Source: Naegleria gruberi
Taxonomy: Eukaryota
Reading direction: 5' to 3' (one strand)
Assembly (NCBI GenBank): GCA_000004985.1
Contig: GG738845.1
DNA: 64,000 nucleotides
Of the stretch, positions 42,015-54,013 are shown piece after piece. Below the pieces are notes generated by a model. The model ran no database searches, was not told the DNA's origin, and saw only the letters and a program-made list of their open reading frames with translations. Position 1 is the stretch's first letter. Each line of letters starts with the position of its first letter. The position numbers were made by a program, and so were the translations under genes.

Positions 42015-44073
42015 TTATTGATTACTGATTTGTTTACGTTTGAGAGTGACAATTTGTTCCCTTACATTATTATCTTTATCTCGGTGCTTTTCAAATTCGA
42101 TATCTTGATTAAGTTTCTCCTTTTCTTTTGGTGACAGATTGGTATTGTCGAGTCTGGATTGTAAATCTTGATTTACAAGTTGAGAGGTTGATTCAATATA
42201 ACCAAAAATAAGATCCAATTTGGAACTGGTTGGAAGCTCATAACCTAAATACACATCACGTGATTCTTCAAATTTTCTCTTGGCTTTTTCATTCATATTC
42301 ATTTTCAAGTAGGTTTTACCCAATTCCAAGCATAAATCACCAACATCTGGATGGTATTGAGTTGGAAAAGATGCATCATAGGCTTTATAAGAAGCGACAT
42401 AGTGTTTTTCAGCTTCTTCATAATTTTCTTGATTGAAAAAGAATTTACCCTTTAAAGATTCAATAATCACAATTAGTAACATTACTTACAATATTCATCA
42501 ATGCAGTTGCAACAACGTGATTATTTCCTTCCTTAATTGACTTGGCAATAATGTAAGCCTTTTGGTAATAAGCAAGGGCTTCTTCTGGTAAGTTCTTTTG
42601 TTCTGAGATTTTACCCAAACTATTCAAAATGAAGGCAATATCGAATGTAGTATTTGAATCTTGAGATCCAGCAGATTTCATCTTATTGTGGATATCTAAT
42701 GAACGTTTAAGCATATCCTCCGCATTGGAGAAATCCTTCTTATTCAAATATAGTGTTCCTAGTGTGAGATAACATTTACCAGTTTCCAACAGTTTACGAA
42801 TTTGTTCACCATGAGGTAGATCCATTTCAGAGTCGGTCATGGAAAAGACTTCGAGTGCCCTCTTTGTAAATTCTTCAGAGTGGTCAAAGTCCCCCTTTGA
42901 TGCATACAAGACCCCCAAAGAGTATAACAAGCTACCAATCTTTGGATGTTTGCTGCCCAAAACTTTTTCAATAAAAGTGATGGCATTTTGATATAACACT
43001 TCAGCTTTTTCAGACATTTCCAGATATAGCGCACAATTTGCCATATTCAAATAAACATTTCCAATAATTTCAAATGCTTCTTGAGAAATGACATTGTCTG
43101 ATACCTTGTCAAAATGGTGTTGATATTGGACAGCTCTACTGAAAGTAACGTAGGCATCTTCATATTCTTTCAAACGATATTGAACAGTTCCCAAATTATC
43201 TAATGATTTTAACAAATCAATTGGCACAAATTCTAATTCTCTAATATTTGATTTTGGCATAGTTGATTTGTATTTGAGATATTCAGCAGACTCTTTGATT
43301 GGAGCATCTTTGATTTCCATAAATGGCTTTGAAATATTTTTTGCTTTTTCATAATCATTTCTTATTTCTCGTTCTTCTTTTTGGTAGATTGGATTTAATG
43401 TTTGTTCGAATAACTTGACAGACTTTTGGAATGTTTTTTTGGCATCTGTTAAATTACCTTGTTTCATTGCAATCTCCCCCAAATAATTCCATTCTGATGA
43501 CAGGTCAAATGTTAACTCTTTTGATTTTTTTTCCAAAAATGATGTAGTCTTGATTCTGATACATTCAGATTGATATTGATAAGCTGGTTTTAACTTGTCA
43601 ACAGCTACATTTATGACACTCAATTTATGGTATGCATTACCAAGTGCAAGAGTAGATTTACCATATAATTTACTACTTAATTCAATATATTTAAGTGTCA
43701 TATTTTCTGCTTTTTCATATCTATAAATTTTGCAATATAGATCGCTAACTTCTTCATAAATTTCGCAAAGTTTCTTTTCTTCCATATTACTTTCGTTATA
43801 TTGTAATAACTCTTCGATTTCATAAATACGTTCTTCAATTTGTTTAACATTTTTTGGAGCATACTTTTCTGCTTCTAAAACAATTGCTGTGATAGGATCG
43901 ATATTTAATTTTGACAATTTTGTGGAAAAAAATTTGCAATTATTATTACTATTACTTTTGAGCGAGAATTGATAGATAGAAGCAAGATTAAACTTTACGG
44001 AAGACTTGGTTTGTTGTACCAAGGTTCTGCGCAAGAGTGGTGATGTGGTGATGTTTTTGAGCAGATGACTCAT
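42015..44073 (-). CDS. TPR-repeat protein (about 672 aa), possibly mitochondrial. Two exons 42490..44073 and 42015..42449, with a 40-nt GTAAGT...TTTAAAG intron.
   Basis: ...VATALMNI joins in frame to GKFFFNQENYEEAEKHYVASYKAYD.... There are repeated TPR-like AxxYxxA...G motifs throughout. The two track ORFs overlap by the intron. Confidence 0.7.
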
Positions 44074-44112
44074 TTTTTCTTTTGATTCAAAATTAAAATA
44101 TTTTTAAATTTA

Positions 44113-47100
44113 TTATTGATTGGAGTGTGAAAGGACAACTTGTTCAAAGAAAGACTTAACTCCCGCAATATTTTCCTCCAAACTCTTAACTTTAGCATTA
44201 CATTCATCTTGAATTTCCTTCTCTCTGATTTTCATCTTTTCCTTTTCTTTTTCAAGTTGAATTACTTTTTGCTTCTCTTTGTTCAATGTTATACGAAGAT
44301 TTTGACTTTCTGCTTGACTCTTCTCCAAATCATTTCCCAAATCCTCATATGATTTAATCTTTAGTTGTGCAATGTGGAGGGAATTTTGCAGAGATTTAAT
44401 TTGTTCCTCATAATTTGAATTGTCATTTTGCTTTGTCAATTTGTTTTGAGATATTAGGAGGTCGTTATGTGTCTTCAATTTGATAAGTTCATTTGAAAAT
44501 TTAACGAATTCAGATTCAAATCTCTTCATCTCTGATTCATATTTTGAAACTAGGAAGGTGTTTTGTTTTTCTAATTGGAGAACGTCCAGACTTTTTTCTT
44601 CTACTTGTCTGGTCAAATCTACTATTAAATCATTGTACTTTTTGTTTTGTTCGTTTTGCTCATCCTGGGTCTTTTTGACTGATTCATTACTTGAGTGCAC
44701 GTATTGTAAGTTGGATTGGAGTTGGTCATGCAACGCCTTTATGGTTTCTTCATTGGACTCTATTCTCTGGAGCAAGGATAGTTTCATTGATTCCTTGTCG
44801 TTTTGAACTGAAACAAGTTGATATCTGGCTTGTGCTAAATTACTTTCTAGAGAGATCTTTTCCTCCCTTATCTTTTGTATTTGATTTGCACAACCAGTCA
44901 ATTCACAAACTAGACCTTCTATTTCTTTTTCCATATCAGTAATCTTTGATTCAAGTCTCTCGTTGTGAAGTCTCAGCTCTTCTTTAAACGAGGAGTCAAT
45001 CACTGGTAATTTTGTGCCTTTTCTTCTTAATTCCAACTCAGTTTCCAAAGTTGAAATGATTGAGTCTTTTTCTTGTAGTTTGATTTGATATACTCGTTTG
45101 TCATTTTCTATTTTCTCTTCCTGCTTTTGAGTGATTGATTCTATTAAAACAATATGAGATTTGATGTCTTGCAATTTGTTGGTCCACATTTCTTCAACTC
45201 TTTTAGCTTCTGATTTCAAATAATCTCTTTCCTTTTGCAGTATTAAGAGTTGATTATTTAGAGATATGTTTTCTTCTGTTTGTTTTTTTAATTGTTGAGA
45301 CAGGGATTCGTGTGAATTAGACGAAGAACCTATTCTTTTTTTGGTGTCTTCTAAATCTTTGTTCAGGTGCTGAACTACCTTTGTGTAGTTTTTAATATCA
45401 TCCTCGAATTTTTGTCGTTCTCTGTTCTTTTCTTCGACAAGTTTTGCATTCGAACATTTTTGATCTTCAAGTTGAGAGAGTATGTTATGGTTTCTCTCTG
45501 CAAGATCTCTCATTTCTGCTCTTAAGGAAGACTCGATTTTTTCCATGTAAGCTAGATGGGATTTCTCTTTGCTAAGTTCTCTTGAGGCCCTCAATAATTC
45601 TGTTTTGGCACTTTCTGATTCTTCGCCGAGGTGAATTAATTGTTTTTCACTTGTAATTTTCACCCTGTGTAGATCCTCTCTTAATTGTTTTTCTGCTTGC
45701 TGCCTTTCTTCTATTTCAATATCCTTTTTTCTAACAATTTCTTTCAATGACTCTATCTTCTGCATAAACAATAAATTTTTTTCGTTCAGTTGCTCAATCT
45801 CTTTTTGCATTACTTGCTTCAATGATTCAGAGTCTACTGAAATCAACTCCATTTCACTACAAATTTCATTAAAATACTTTTGAATTTCTTCAAAGTTTGA
45901 ACTTATGGACTTGAAATCATCGTTAATTTTAAGGGAAGAAACAATCTTTTCTTTTAGAACTTGTTTTACAAGTTTTTCTTGTTTCTCAAATTTTTCATTT
46001 GAGTTTTTAAGATTGGATATTTTCTTGGTATACGATTGGTATCTATCATCATATTTGGATTTCAATTCCAATATTTCGTTCTCATATCTTTGTTTCAAGG
46101 AGGTAATGTCAGATTCGTAGTTGCTCTTCTCCAAAGAATTAGTCTTCTCCCGAGTATCAAGTAAACTCTGCAAGTTTTCATTAGCTACCTTTACAATTTT
46201 ATATTCCTCCTCCAGAATTGAATGTTTTTTTGAAATATTTTCTTTTCCCTCTTCAAGATCTGTTAAGCTCTTTTCATGTTCGCGAATGGTATGTTGTAAA
46301 TTTTTAAAAAGTTCCTCATAAACTGTCTGGAGAGACTCTTTTTGAGAAGTAAGATTAATAATATCTTCTTTAAGGTGGGTGCTTGTTAATTGTTCCTTCT
46401 TTATATCACTTTCCAAAGCAATATTCACCATTTCATTTCGAATTATCTTCCCCTCTAATTCACTAATTATTTTCGTTGATTCTTTTAATTGTTCCTGAAG
46501 AGATTGTAGCTCTAATTTTTCAAATTCAAATTCTTGATTGAGTTGGAGATTTTTCAATTTCAAATCTTCTATTGTTTTGTACAAGGTTTCAAGTTGAATT
46601 TGATAGGCTCTGGACATTTTTTCCATTCTTTCTTTTATGAAACTGGTTTCTTCTATTTTAATATCTTTAGAATCATTTTCTAATTGTTTCTTCAAGGCTT
46701 CATTTTCAATAGTTTGATCTTCCAACAATTTCTTAAGAGTATATTCATTTTCTCTTGATTCTTTACTCATCTTTTGAATGTAGTTCAAATGTTCCTCATT
46801 TGCTTTTCAATGTTAGGCAAGGGCTCAAACAACTATTAAACTTACTCTTATCCATTTTTTCTTTCCACATCCTGCCAAAATCAATATTTTGAGTTTCAGA
46901 CGAATATTTTTGAGATTTCAATATTTCTTCATACTCTCTAACTCTCATTAAAAGTATTGCATTTTCTTGTTCTAATTTTTTTTTATCTTTCTCTAACTCT
47001 GACTGCTTGTTGTGGTGTTGTAAAAGTAGATTGGCCTCGTTTTTTCTAAAGTTATCCTCTGTTTTTTTGTTAGATTCCATAACGACCATATTCATTTTTT

Positions 47101-48319
47101 CAATTGTTTCTTGAAGAGATTTAATCTCTGTCTTCATTCTTTCAACTTGGATCTGATTTTTAGACTCATCCTGTAAAGCAGGAACAAGTAATTGTTGGAT
47201 TCTTATGTTTTCTGATTTTTCTTTTTCTAGATCTTCTTTTAACTTGTTAATTGTGGACTCGTATTTGTCTTTTTCCTCTTTCCCAGTTTGGTCCTCCTTT
47301 TCGTCACTTGAGCTTTTACTTTCAGAAAAAAGAAGAGCCTTGCGGAGTTCTTCATTTCTACTTAGCACTACCGATAGCTGGTGAAGGAGGTCTTCATTCT
47401 GCATAACTAAACTTTTCATTCTTTTTTGTGCTAAATCCTTTTCAGACAAATCCTCACCATACTGAATATGTTCAGAGGCATTTGATGAGCTGTCATCAAA
47501 ATCAGTTTGACAAAATGCAGTTAAATAGGTTGGCGAGTTTGAAATCAGCCTGGAGGGTGATCCTTCAGAGAAGGAGAGTAGGGATGGGCTTTCAAATGAA
47601 TTGTTTTCCTCTTCATTTCGATTTTCCTTCTTTGTTTGCCTTGTTTGATTTGAAATTGCCAGTGTTTTTAAAGGTAGTGAAAGAGGTGAAATAAGAGCCG
47701 TGTTTCCTAAGTCAGATTTTTGAGGCTCCAAATCTTGACCTGAGAGATGGGCTTTGATTGGTGTTGTATTGTCGAAATCCAAAACCCTGAAAGTATTACT
47801 TCTCTCGCTTACTGAACTGCCGATATATGGTGAATCATTATTCTTAACAGAGCTGTTTGGTGTTGTCATATTAGTATAACTTGTTGAGGGTGACCCTATT
47901 TCAGAAGAATTAGTGGAAAATGGATTTTGAAAATTTTGTGATGGAGATTCTGTAGCAAGCTCTTCAGTAGTTGGATTATTGGGGGTTGTTTCGGGATCAT
48001 TTGACTTTTGTGTTCTCTCAATACCTCGAGACTGTACAATCCTGTTCCAATCATCGATTATACTATCGAAATAGTTGTTTGTTTGATTATTAGCACCGTT
48101 TGTTTTATCTTTCTTAATTATCATTGTATCCTCCATAGTTGTTATTGTTCTATTCAAAACATTGGTGTATTGGCTGAGAAGTGTGTTATAGAAGGATGAT
48201 GACGATCCCGATTCTTGATAATGTCTCGTGGTTGTATTGTTTAATGTATTCTCCTCTCTTGTTTTTAGGATGTCTCCCTCATTTGCCGTTGGCCCTATTG
48301 CCGAGCTAGTTGGAATCAT
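44113..48319 (-). CDS. Giant coiled-coil protein (about 1387 aa). Two exons 46846..48319 and 44113..46802, joined across a 43-nt GTAAGT...TTGAAAAG intron.
   Basis: The upstream track ORF ends with an atypical TGA inside ...EKMDK-gtaagt. Splicing at the CTAAC-containing intron gives ...EKMDKTNEEHLNYIQKMSKES..., continuous with the 891-aa downstream ORF. The N-terminal 350 aa are Ser/Thr/Asn-rich low complexity; the rest is continuous heptad repeats. Confidence 0.7.
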
Positions 48320-48403
48320 TTTTATTTAAATTGAATAACGAGAACGCATTGGCGGCACTGATAAAGTGTACTGAAAGTTTTCTTAATTAAAAAAAAATTA
48401 AAA

Positions 48404-51400
48404 ATGACCCAAACAAAAAGAAGAATATTTCGAAAAGATAGGTCTGCTTCTCCTTCCACAACTTCATCAGGCGCGGAAACGAATCCAACACTTCAGCAAC
48501 CAGAATTAACAACAACAGAAGCCAAAACGCCAATCAGAATGAAGCATGTTACCACTGATCAAGCTGATTTGTTTGACTTTTCAAAATGGGATTCCGAAAT
48601 ATCACCAATGTATGTTGTTAACAAAATATTCAATAGTCATCACAATTATTCCAGACAAACATATTTATTATCTGTCCTTTCAAAGCAATTAGAAATTACA
48701 ATCAAACATAACATTCTTTCTCATTTCTTTTTTAATTTGCTTAACCAACAAAACAAGATATCAACACAAAAGTTCTTAGAATTAATCCAATCCATATCTT
48801 CACAACATCCCGATCAAAAGAATACTTTATTAATATCTCTTGCACTTTCCATAGAGTTACAATCAAATAGATTGCCAGAAGAACACAATGATTACGTATA
48901 TCTGGTAAATATCACAAAGTCTCTTTTAGAAAACTCTGTTTTTCAAATTGGTTTACTTAAACAATTGATGAATTTTGATTTTTTAGGAGCTTGTGGAATC
49001 TCGACTAGGAATATGTTTTTAAAAAGCAAAACTCGAGAATTATATACGCAGGACCGTTTTAATCTTTTACACGAAGAAAATGAAGGATTCTCAAAACTAA
49101 TTTCAATCATCATAGATCCAAATAATTTGTCAATTCAAAAGTTGGAACAAATAACCAATGAAATTATTCAAATCATAGGATTTTTCAACCTTGAACCAAA
49201 TAGGGTACTTGATATTCTATTGGATGCTTACGAAAATAATTTAGACAGTGATGTTTTACTGAATCTTGTTAGGTCCCTTTTTAATAATCAACATTTGAAG
49301 CATGTTATTGGATTTAAACTTTCAAGCTATCATAACAAGGTTACTCCAACAAGTTTGATTGTAATGATTGTTAAATTGATGCAAAAAGAACTTTTTATTT
49401 TTCAAGATATTATGTATTATTTAGGTCCACATTCTGTTGATGATTTGGAGCATTTTCATCATGAATACGAAACAGAATTGAAAAGAAGTAGAGAATACAC
49501 AATTACAGTTGATGGAGCAGTTGAAAAAATCGAACCCAGATTTGAAAAATCGTATCCAGAGTTTCAAAAGGATCAAAAATTTGGATTATTAATCCAACTT
49601 TTGAACTTTGATATGATAGCTGAAGCTATCAGCATGTTAGACATCCTATCAAAATATGACCCTCATTGGAATTATGATATTTCCATTGCTTGCTGTAAAT
49701 CTATTGAAAAAATTTCTACTCCTCTATATGAAAAATATACTGTATTGAACAACTATATTTCAATAACCAATGATGACAAATCAACTATTGAAAATTACCT
49801 CTTTCCTCTTATTTGCCATACCAAATATGAACTGTATAGAGAAATCAAATCCCTTACAAAGCTCATACGTCTACTTAAATTATATATGAAACAACCAAAC
49901 GACCATCATCAAAAACTAGTGCAAGTTTTAGCATCAATTCTCTCATCACTATGCTTTGTAGGAATGAACACTTCTATAGTTTCAGAATTTTGGAGTATTT
50001 TGGCTCTATTACCCTATCAAACCAGATATGAAATTTATGGCTTTACAAGGCAACACGGTTATGAGAAACAACCCAAAATGCTCGCTCAACAAAATTGGGT
50101 GTCGAGAGGTATTAGACATATATTTAATAGAATTTCCTTTGCAAATGTGAGAACAAAAGCAAGAGAGATACTTCCATATACTGTATCAAATCCAATTATC
50201 GTATGTGAAGAGTATATTAGAAAATGTGAAACCTACGATAATCAAATACCCCTTTGTGTAGATGTATCTCAATTCTCTCCAGAAATTTCCCATGACATTA
50301 TGCAATACTGTTTACTTAATAGATTACTTTCCAATCAAAGCAGTAACATTAAGGAAGATGGTATTTCTATAGCAACTTGGCTCTCTAATTTAGCTAGTTT
50401 ATATGGGCTGTTTTTCAAAACATACCCATTTGTGGATATGAAACCTGTTCTTAACTATTTAACCCAAAGATTGAAGGAGGGACTTTGGGAACATTTGGTA
50501 ATTTTGACTGAAATTATCAAAAATACCTCAACCTTGGAATATTCTGAAGAGATTAATCAACATCAACTAGAGGCACAAGCAGGAGGAAAAGTTTTACACA
50601 GTCTAGCAGGAACTTTTTCTCCAAACTCTAAAAATACAGGCGTAGAATCAATGAAAAAACTTAAAGATACAATACTGTCAAGTGGAAGTGGTGTATCACT
50701 GGTTTTGTTGCTTGCAAAGCTCAGTAATTATGGAATTCATATCCATGAAGATTATCAAGAATGGAAGCATGTTGCAGATTCAAAGGATATGTGCCATGTA
50801 GCCTACCTTTTATTATTGAAATTCCTCATTTCAGAAATCAAGTTTGTCTTTGAAGAAGAGGCTTTGGGTAATGAACTTAACTCTTCCCTACTTATTCCAA
50901 GTGTGGATACCTTGAAAGCATATGATTTGTCAACACCATTTATTTTTTCAATTGTAAGACTTACACGCTCTTCCATCCCACCAAATATATTACAAAGCCT
51001 ATTACCATTAGACATAAGCAATAATGTCACTTCTCAATTTTATAACTTTTTCTGGATGAAAGACCTTTCAGATATTTATGTACCAACTTCCCTTTACAAC
51101 AGTACCATGAATGAATATGGCAATCATAGATCCTCCTTAGTAAGAGAAAAGGACGAGCAAAATCAAAAATATGAAGCATCTATGAAAGAATTCAAGGAAA
51201 TTTGTCACAAATTCTTTATGGCTGAATCTGAATTTGTGGACATGACTACTATTCTCCAACATTGCTTTCTTCCTAGAGCTTTGTTTTCTGCAGCTGACTC
51301 TTTATACTGTGCAAAACTTGTCCATCTATTACATACTAGTGAAACTCCAAAGTTTTCGTTCAATCTCTTTTTACAATATTTATTGGAATATGTGCCTGGC

Positions 51401-53455
51401 TTACTGTTGACCTGTACAGAAAATGAAGCTAAAAGATTGAGTAGACTTGTTCAATTTTTACTCCCAACAGCAAATAGATGGTATGAAAGCCAAAATGAAT
51501 TCAATCGGGAATGTAAAAACAAGCCTGGTTCGTTTGTATCTGTAAAGAAATATCCTCAACTATCTAGCTCAACAGACGATATATACACCAAACTAGATTT
51601 TGAAAATTATCAAAAATTCCACTTTTTAATAATGGAAAATATGCTCAACAATTGCATTTTGCTACTCAAGAGTAATGATCATATCAAAATTCGAATTGCC
51701 ATGTTATTTCTATCTCCTCTTGTCAAGACAAACACTTTCCCGTTCTATTCCCGTCACTGTGATGCTCTTTTAGAGATATCAGATTCATTGAAAGAGCACC
51801 ACGTTGAAAATATCAAGGTTTTATCTAACACATATTTCCCATTGATAACCTCCATCAGAAAGAAGAGTGAAAATCCAAGCTTTATCAAACCCCTATTGAA
51901 ATTCTCTGTTAAGCCAACTAATATCAATATTCCCTCCAGAGATAATGAAATTCCAGCAAACTCAATAACTCCAAATACTGCTATTTCAGAAAGTGAACTT
52001 ACCTCTCTCACTCCCCAAAAACAAGAAGACACTCTCGGTGACTTTTCTGATTCTGGTAGTACCTCACTTTCTCCACCAACAACCCTTTCCACAAATATTG
52101 AAGCAACAATTGTTGTTCGAGGAGAAGATTCGACTATCCCTCCTATTGAGAATACTCCTCTTGAAACACCTACAGTGGAAGATGTTAAAATGTCGGAGGC
52201 CTCAAATGAAGCAATTCAACCTTATGATACAAGTTTACCTGAATCTAATGTAGAGGCTGCTTCACAAGATGCTCCTGTGGAGGATGTTCCTAAAGCAGAA
52301 ACTGTGGTTACAATTTCTGTGGAAGAAACAAAGAATACCACACCAACCATTACAGAGGAAAAACCCCAAGAGGAAGCTGTTGATATTGAGAAATCTCTAA
52401 CAGAAGAACCAAAATCTCCAGAATACGTCCCAATTGAACAACAATTAGAAAATGAGTACAAATCTCAAGTACAAGAATCTGATAACATTTTAGATAGTTC
52501 CAATTCTGAAAATACCCAATCTGATCAAAATATGATGAACTCCAAATTGGTACAGCTCCTCAAACAGAAACAACAAACAAAATCAGAGGATAAATCTGAG
52601 GAAGTTAAGGACTATGTTAAAGACATTCAACAATTACTCATTCTTCCAATTAACAATCCACTCCAAGTAATCAAGCAATCACAAAGAACAACTGAAAACA
52701 CAGCTCCATCCTCTGAAAGAAAACAAGGCAATGACTCGAAGGAGATTCGTTCTCTACAATCATCCAGAAGAATTGATGATAATCTAAAACGTGACACACA
52801 CCCCTCTTCACAAGAAAGAAGACTATCATCAAATGCTTCTTCAACTAGTAGTAAGGAATCATCCCAAAAAAAAGAATCAGAAACCAAGACAAACAAATCT
52901 AATGAAGATAAGTCAGACATTAGATATGAAAGTTCAAGAAGTAGGAACGATTCAAGAGAGACTCAAAAAAATGAAAATAGCTCACAAAAGAATGACAATT
53001 CTCGTTTGAATAGAAGTGAAGGCAGAAACCTTGACAATAGAAACGACAGAAGTGATAATAGTAGAAACGATAGAAGTGATAATAGAAACTTTGACAACCG
53101 TGATGCTTCCAGATACAGCGACAGATATAACGATAGAAGAAGTTCTTCACAAAGCAGTTCCAATAGGGATAATCGAAATAATGATTTTAGAAGAAATGAT
53201 TCTTCTTCAAACAGATCTGATAAGGGAACATCCGGCAATGATAGACGAGATACAAGAGGAGCTGGTGACTCGTACCAATCTGATAAGAGAAATAGTTTGG
53301 GTGGAAATAGTACATCCTCTGATAATAACAGAAGAGGATCCTCTTCTGGCGAATTGAAAAGACAATACAGTAATGAATCATCCTCAAGTAGCTCCAGCAA
53401 CAATAGACAATCAGAACACGAATCAGAAACAAAGAAAAAACGATTCCACAGATAA
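48404..53455 (+). CDS. THO2: THO complex subunit 2 (Tho2/THOC2), 1683 aa; no intron seen
   Basis: Central conserved region ...CFLPRALFSAADSLYCAKLVHLLHTSETPKFSFNLFLQYLLEYVPGLLLTCTENEAKRLSRLVQFLLPTANRWYESQNEFNRECKNKPGSF... resembles metazoan THOC2. The C-terminal 300 aa form an R/D/S/N/K-rich RS-like tail, as in Tho2 proteins. Confidence 0.75.
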   Translation: MTQTKRRIFRKDRSASPSTTSSGAETNPTLQQPELTTTEAKTPIRMKHVTTDQADLFDFSKWDSEISPMYVVNKIFNSHHNYSRQTYLLSVLSKQLEITIKHNILSHFFFNLLNQQNKISTQKFLELIQSISSQHPDQKNTLLISLALSIELQSNRLPEEHNDYVYLVNITKSLLENSVFQIGLLKQLMNFDFLGACGISTRNMFLKSKTRELYTQDRFNLLHEENEGFSKLISIIIDPNNLSIQKLEQITNEIIQIIGFFNLEPNRVLDILLDAYENNLDSDVLLNLVRSLFNNQHLKHVIGFKLSSYHNKVTPTSLIVMIVKLMQKELFIFQDIMYYLGPHSVDDLEHFHHEYETELKRSREYTITVDGAVEKIEPRFEKSYPEFQKDQKFGLLIQLLNFDMIAEAISMLDILSKYDPHWNYDISIACCKSIEKISTPLYEKYTVLNNYISITNDDKSTIENYLFPLICHTKYELYREIKSLTKLIRLLKLYMKQPNDHHQKLVQVLASILSSLCFVGMNTSIVSEFWSILALLPYQTRYEIYGFTRQHGYEKQPKMLAQQNWVSRGIRHIFNRISFANVRTKAREILPYTVSNPIIVCEEYIRKCETYDNQIPLCVDVSQFSPEISHDIMQYCLLNRLLSNQSSNIKEDGISIATWLSNLASLYGLFFKTYPFVDMKPVLNYLTQRLKEGLWEHLVILTEIIKNTSTLEYSEEINQHQLEAQAGGKVLHSLAGTFSPNSKNTGVESMKKLKDTILSSGSGVSLVLLLAKLSNYGIHIHEDYQEWKHVADSKDMCHVAYLLLLKFLISEIKFVFEEEALGNELNSSLLIPSVDTLKAYDLSTPFIFSIVRLTRSSIPPNILQSLLPLDISNNVTSQFYNFFWMKDLSDIYVPTSLYNSTMNEYGNHRSSLVREKDEQNQKYEASMKEFKEICHKFFMAESEFVDMTTILQHCFLPRALFSAADSLYCAKLVHLLHTSETPKFSFNLFLQYLLEYVPGLLLTCTENEAKRLSRLVQFLLPTANRWYESQNEFNRECKNKPGSFVSVKKYPQLSSSTDDIYTKLDFENYQKFHFLIMENMLNNCILLLKSNDHIKIRIAMLFLSPLVKTNTFPFYSRHCDALLEISDSLKEHHVENIKVLSNTYFPLITSIRKKSENPSFIKPLLKFSVKPTNINIPSRDNEIPANSITPNTAISESELTSLTPQKQEDTLGDFSDSGSTSLSPPTTLSTNIEATIVVRGEDSTIPPIENTPLETPTVEDVKMSEASNEAIQPYDTSLPESNVEAASQDAPVEDVPKAETVVTISVEETKNTTPTITEEKPQEEAVDIEKSLTEEPKSPEYVPIEQQLENEYKSQVQESDNILDSSNSENTQSDQNMMNSKLVQLLKQKQQTKSEDKSEEVKDYVKDIQQLLILPINNPLQVIKQSQRTTENTAPSSERKQGNDSKEIRSLQSSRRIDDNLKRDTHPSSQERRLSSNASSTSSKESSQKKESETKTNKSNEDKSDIRYESSRSRNDSRETQKNENSSQKNDNSRLNRSEGRNLDNRNDRSDNSRNDRSDNRNFDNRDASRYSDRYNDRRSSSQSSSNRDNRNNDFRRNDSSSNRSDKGTSGNDRRDTRGAGDSYQSDKRNSLGGNSTSSDNNRRGSSSGELKRQYSNESSSSSSSNNRQSEHESETKKKRFHR
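53036..53095 (+). repeat. Short imperfect tandem duplication (AGAAACGAYAGAAGTGATAATAG units) encoding NRNDRSDNS-RNDRSDN in the Tho2 C-terminal low-complexity tail
   Basis: Repeat units visible directly in the sequence. Confidence 0.4.
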
Positions 53456-53484
53456 AATTCCCAATAAGTTTGAGTTTTTACTAT

Positions 53485-53806
53485 TTAAAAATGTTTTTGT
53501 GGCATGGTCATCTTGCTTTCATCGGATTCACCATTGAAAGTGGTATTAACAACAGGATAGTTTGTTCCGTTGGCAATTTGTCTCCTCATCTTGACACGAT
53601 TATTAGCAAGAACCTATTAAATAACTTACCTGATCTTGCTTGAATTTAGTGTAGAAAAAGTATGGAAGAACACCAACAAAAACGAAAGCGTATAATGTAT
53701 TCTTTGGTGTAAACTTGAAATTTCTATGAATGTGATCACGATAATTGGCGAAGGCTTCAATCTTTGGATCCAATTTAACTCCAGTTTCTCTTGGTCTGTT
53801 CCACAT
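53485..53806 (-). CDS. NADH:ubiquinone oxidoreductase subunit B15 (NDUFB4-like). Two exons 53630..53806 and 53485..53589, with a 40-nt GTAAGT...CAAG intron containing CTAAT.
   Basis: MWNRPRETGVKLDPKIEAFANYRDHIHRNFKFTPKNTLYAFVFVGVLPYFFYTKFKQDQ resembles NDUFB4 (...[27 protein letters not shown]...) followed by a single TM helix. The second exon (MRRQIANGTNYPVVNTTFNGESDESKMTMPQKHF) is inferred. Confidence 0.6.
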
Positions 53807-54013
53807 CTGTTGTTTATATTATTATAATTCCATCATTAATGTTATCATCCAATACATAAATAATTTAGTGCAACAAATCCGAACCGGCATGAATAACACA
53901 AAAAATGAGGGAAAAACGCACCTAGTTTATGAATATTTTTTATATTTATTATTTAATATTTGAAATTAAATTGTTGAGATTAAATAACACTATTGGGTGA
54001 AAATCCTTTATCT

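Noticed and set aside
46796-46798. TGA stop codon ending the 507-aa ORF, initially read as a gene boundary and possible alternative stop usage
   Set aside because: Explained by a GTAAGT...AG intron that joins it to the downstream ORF. Other genes terminate with TAA.
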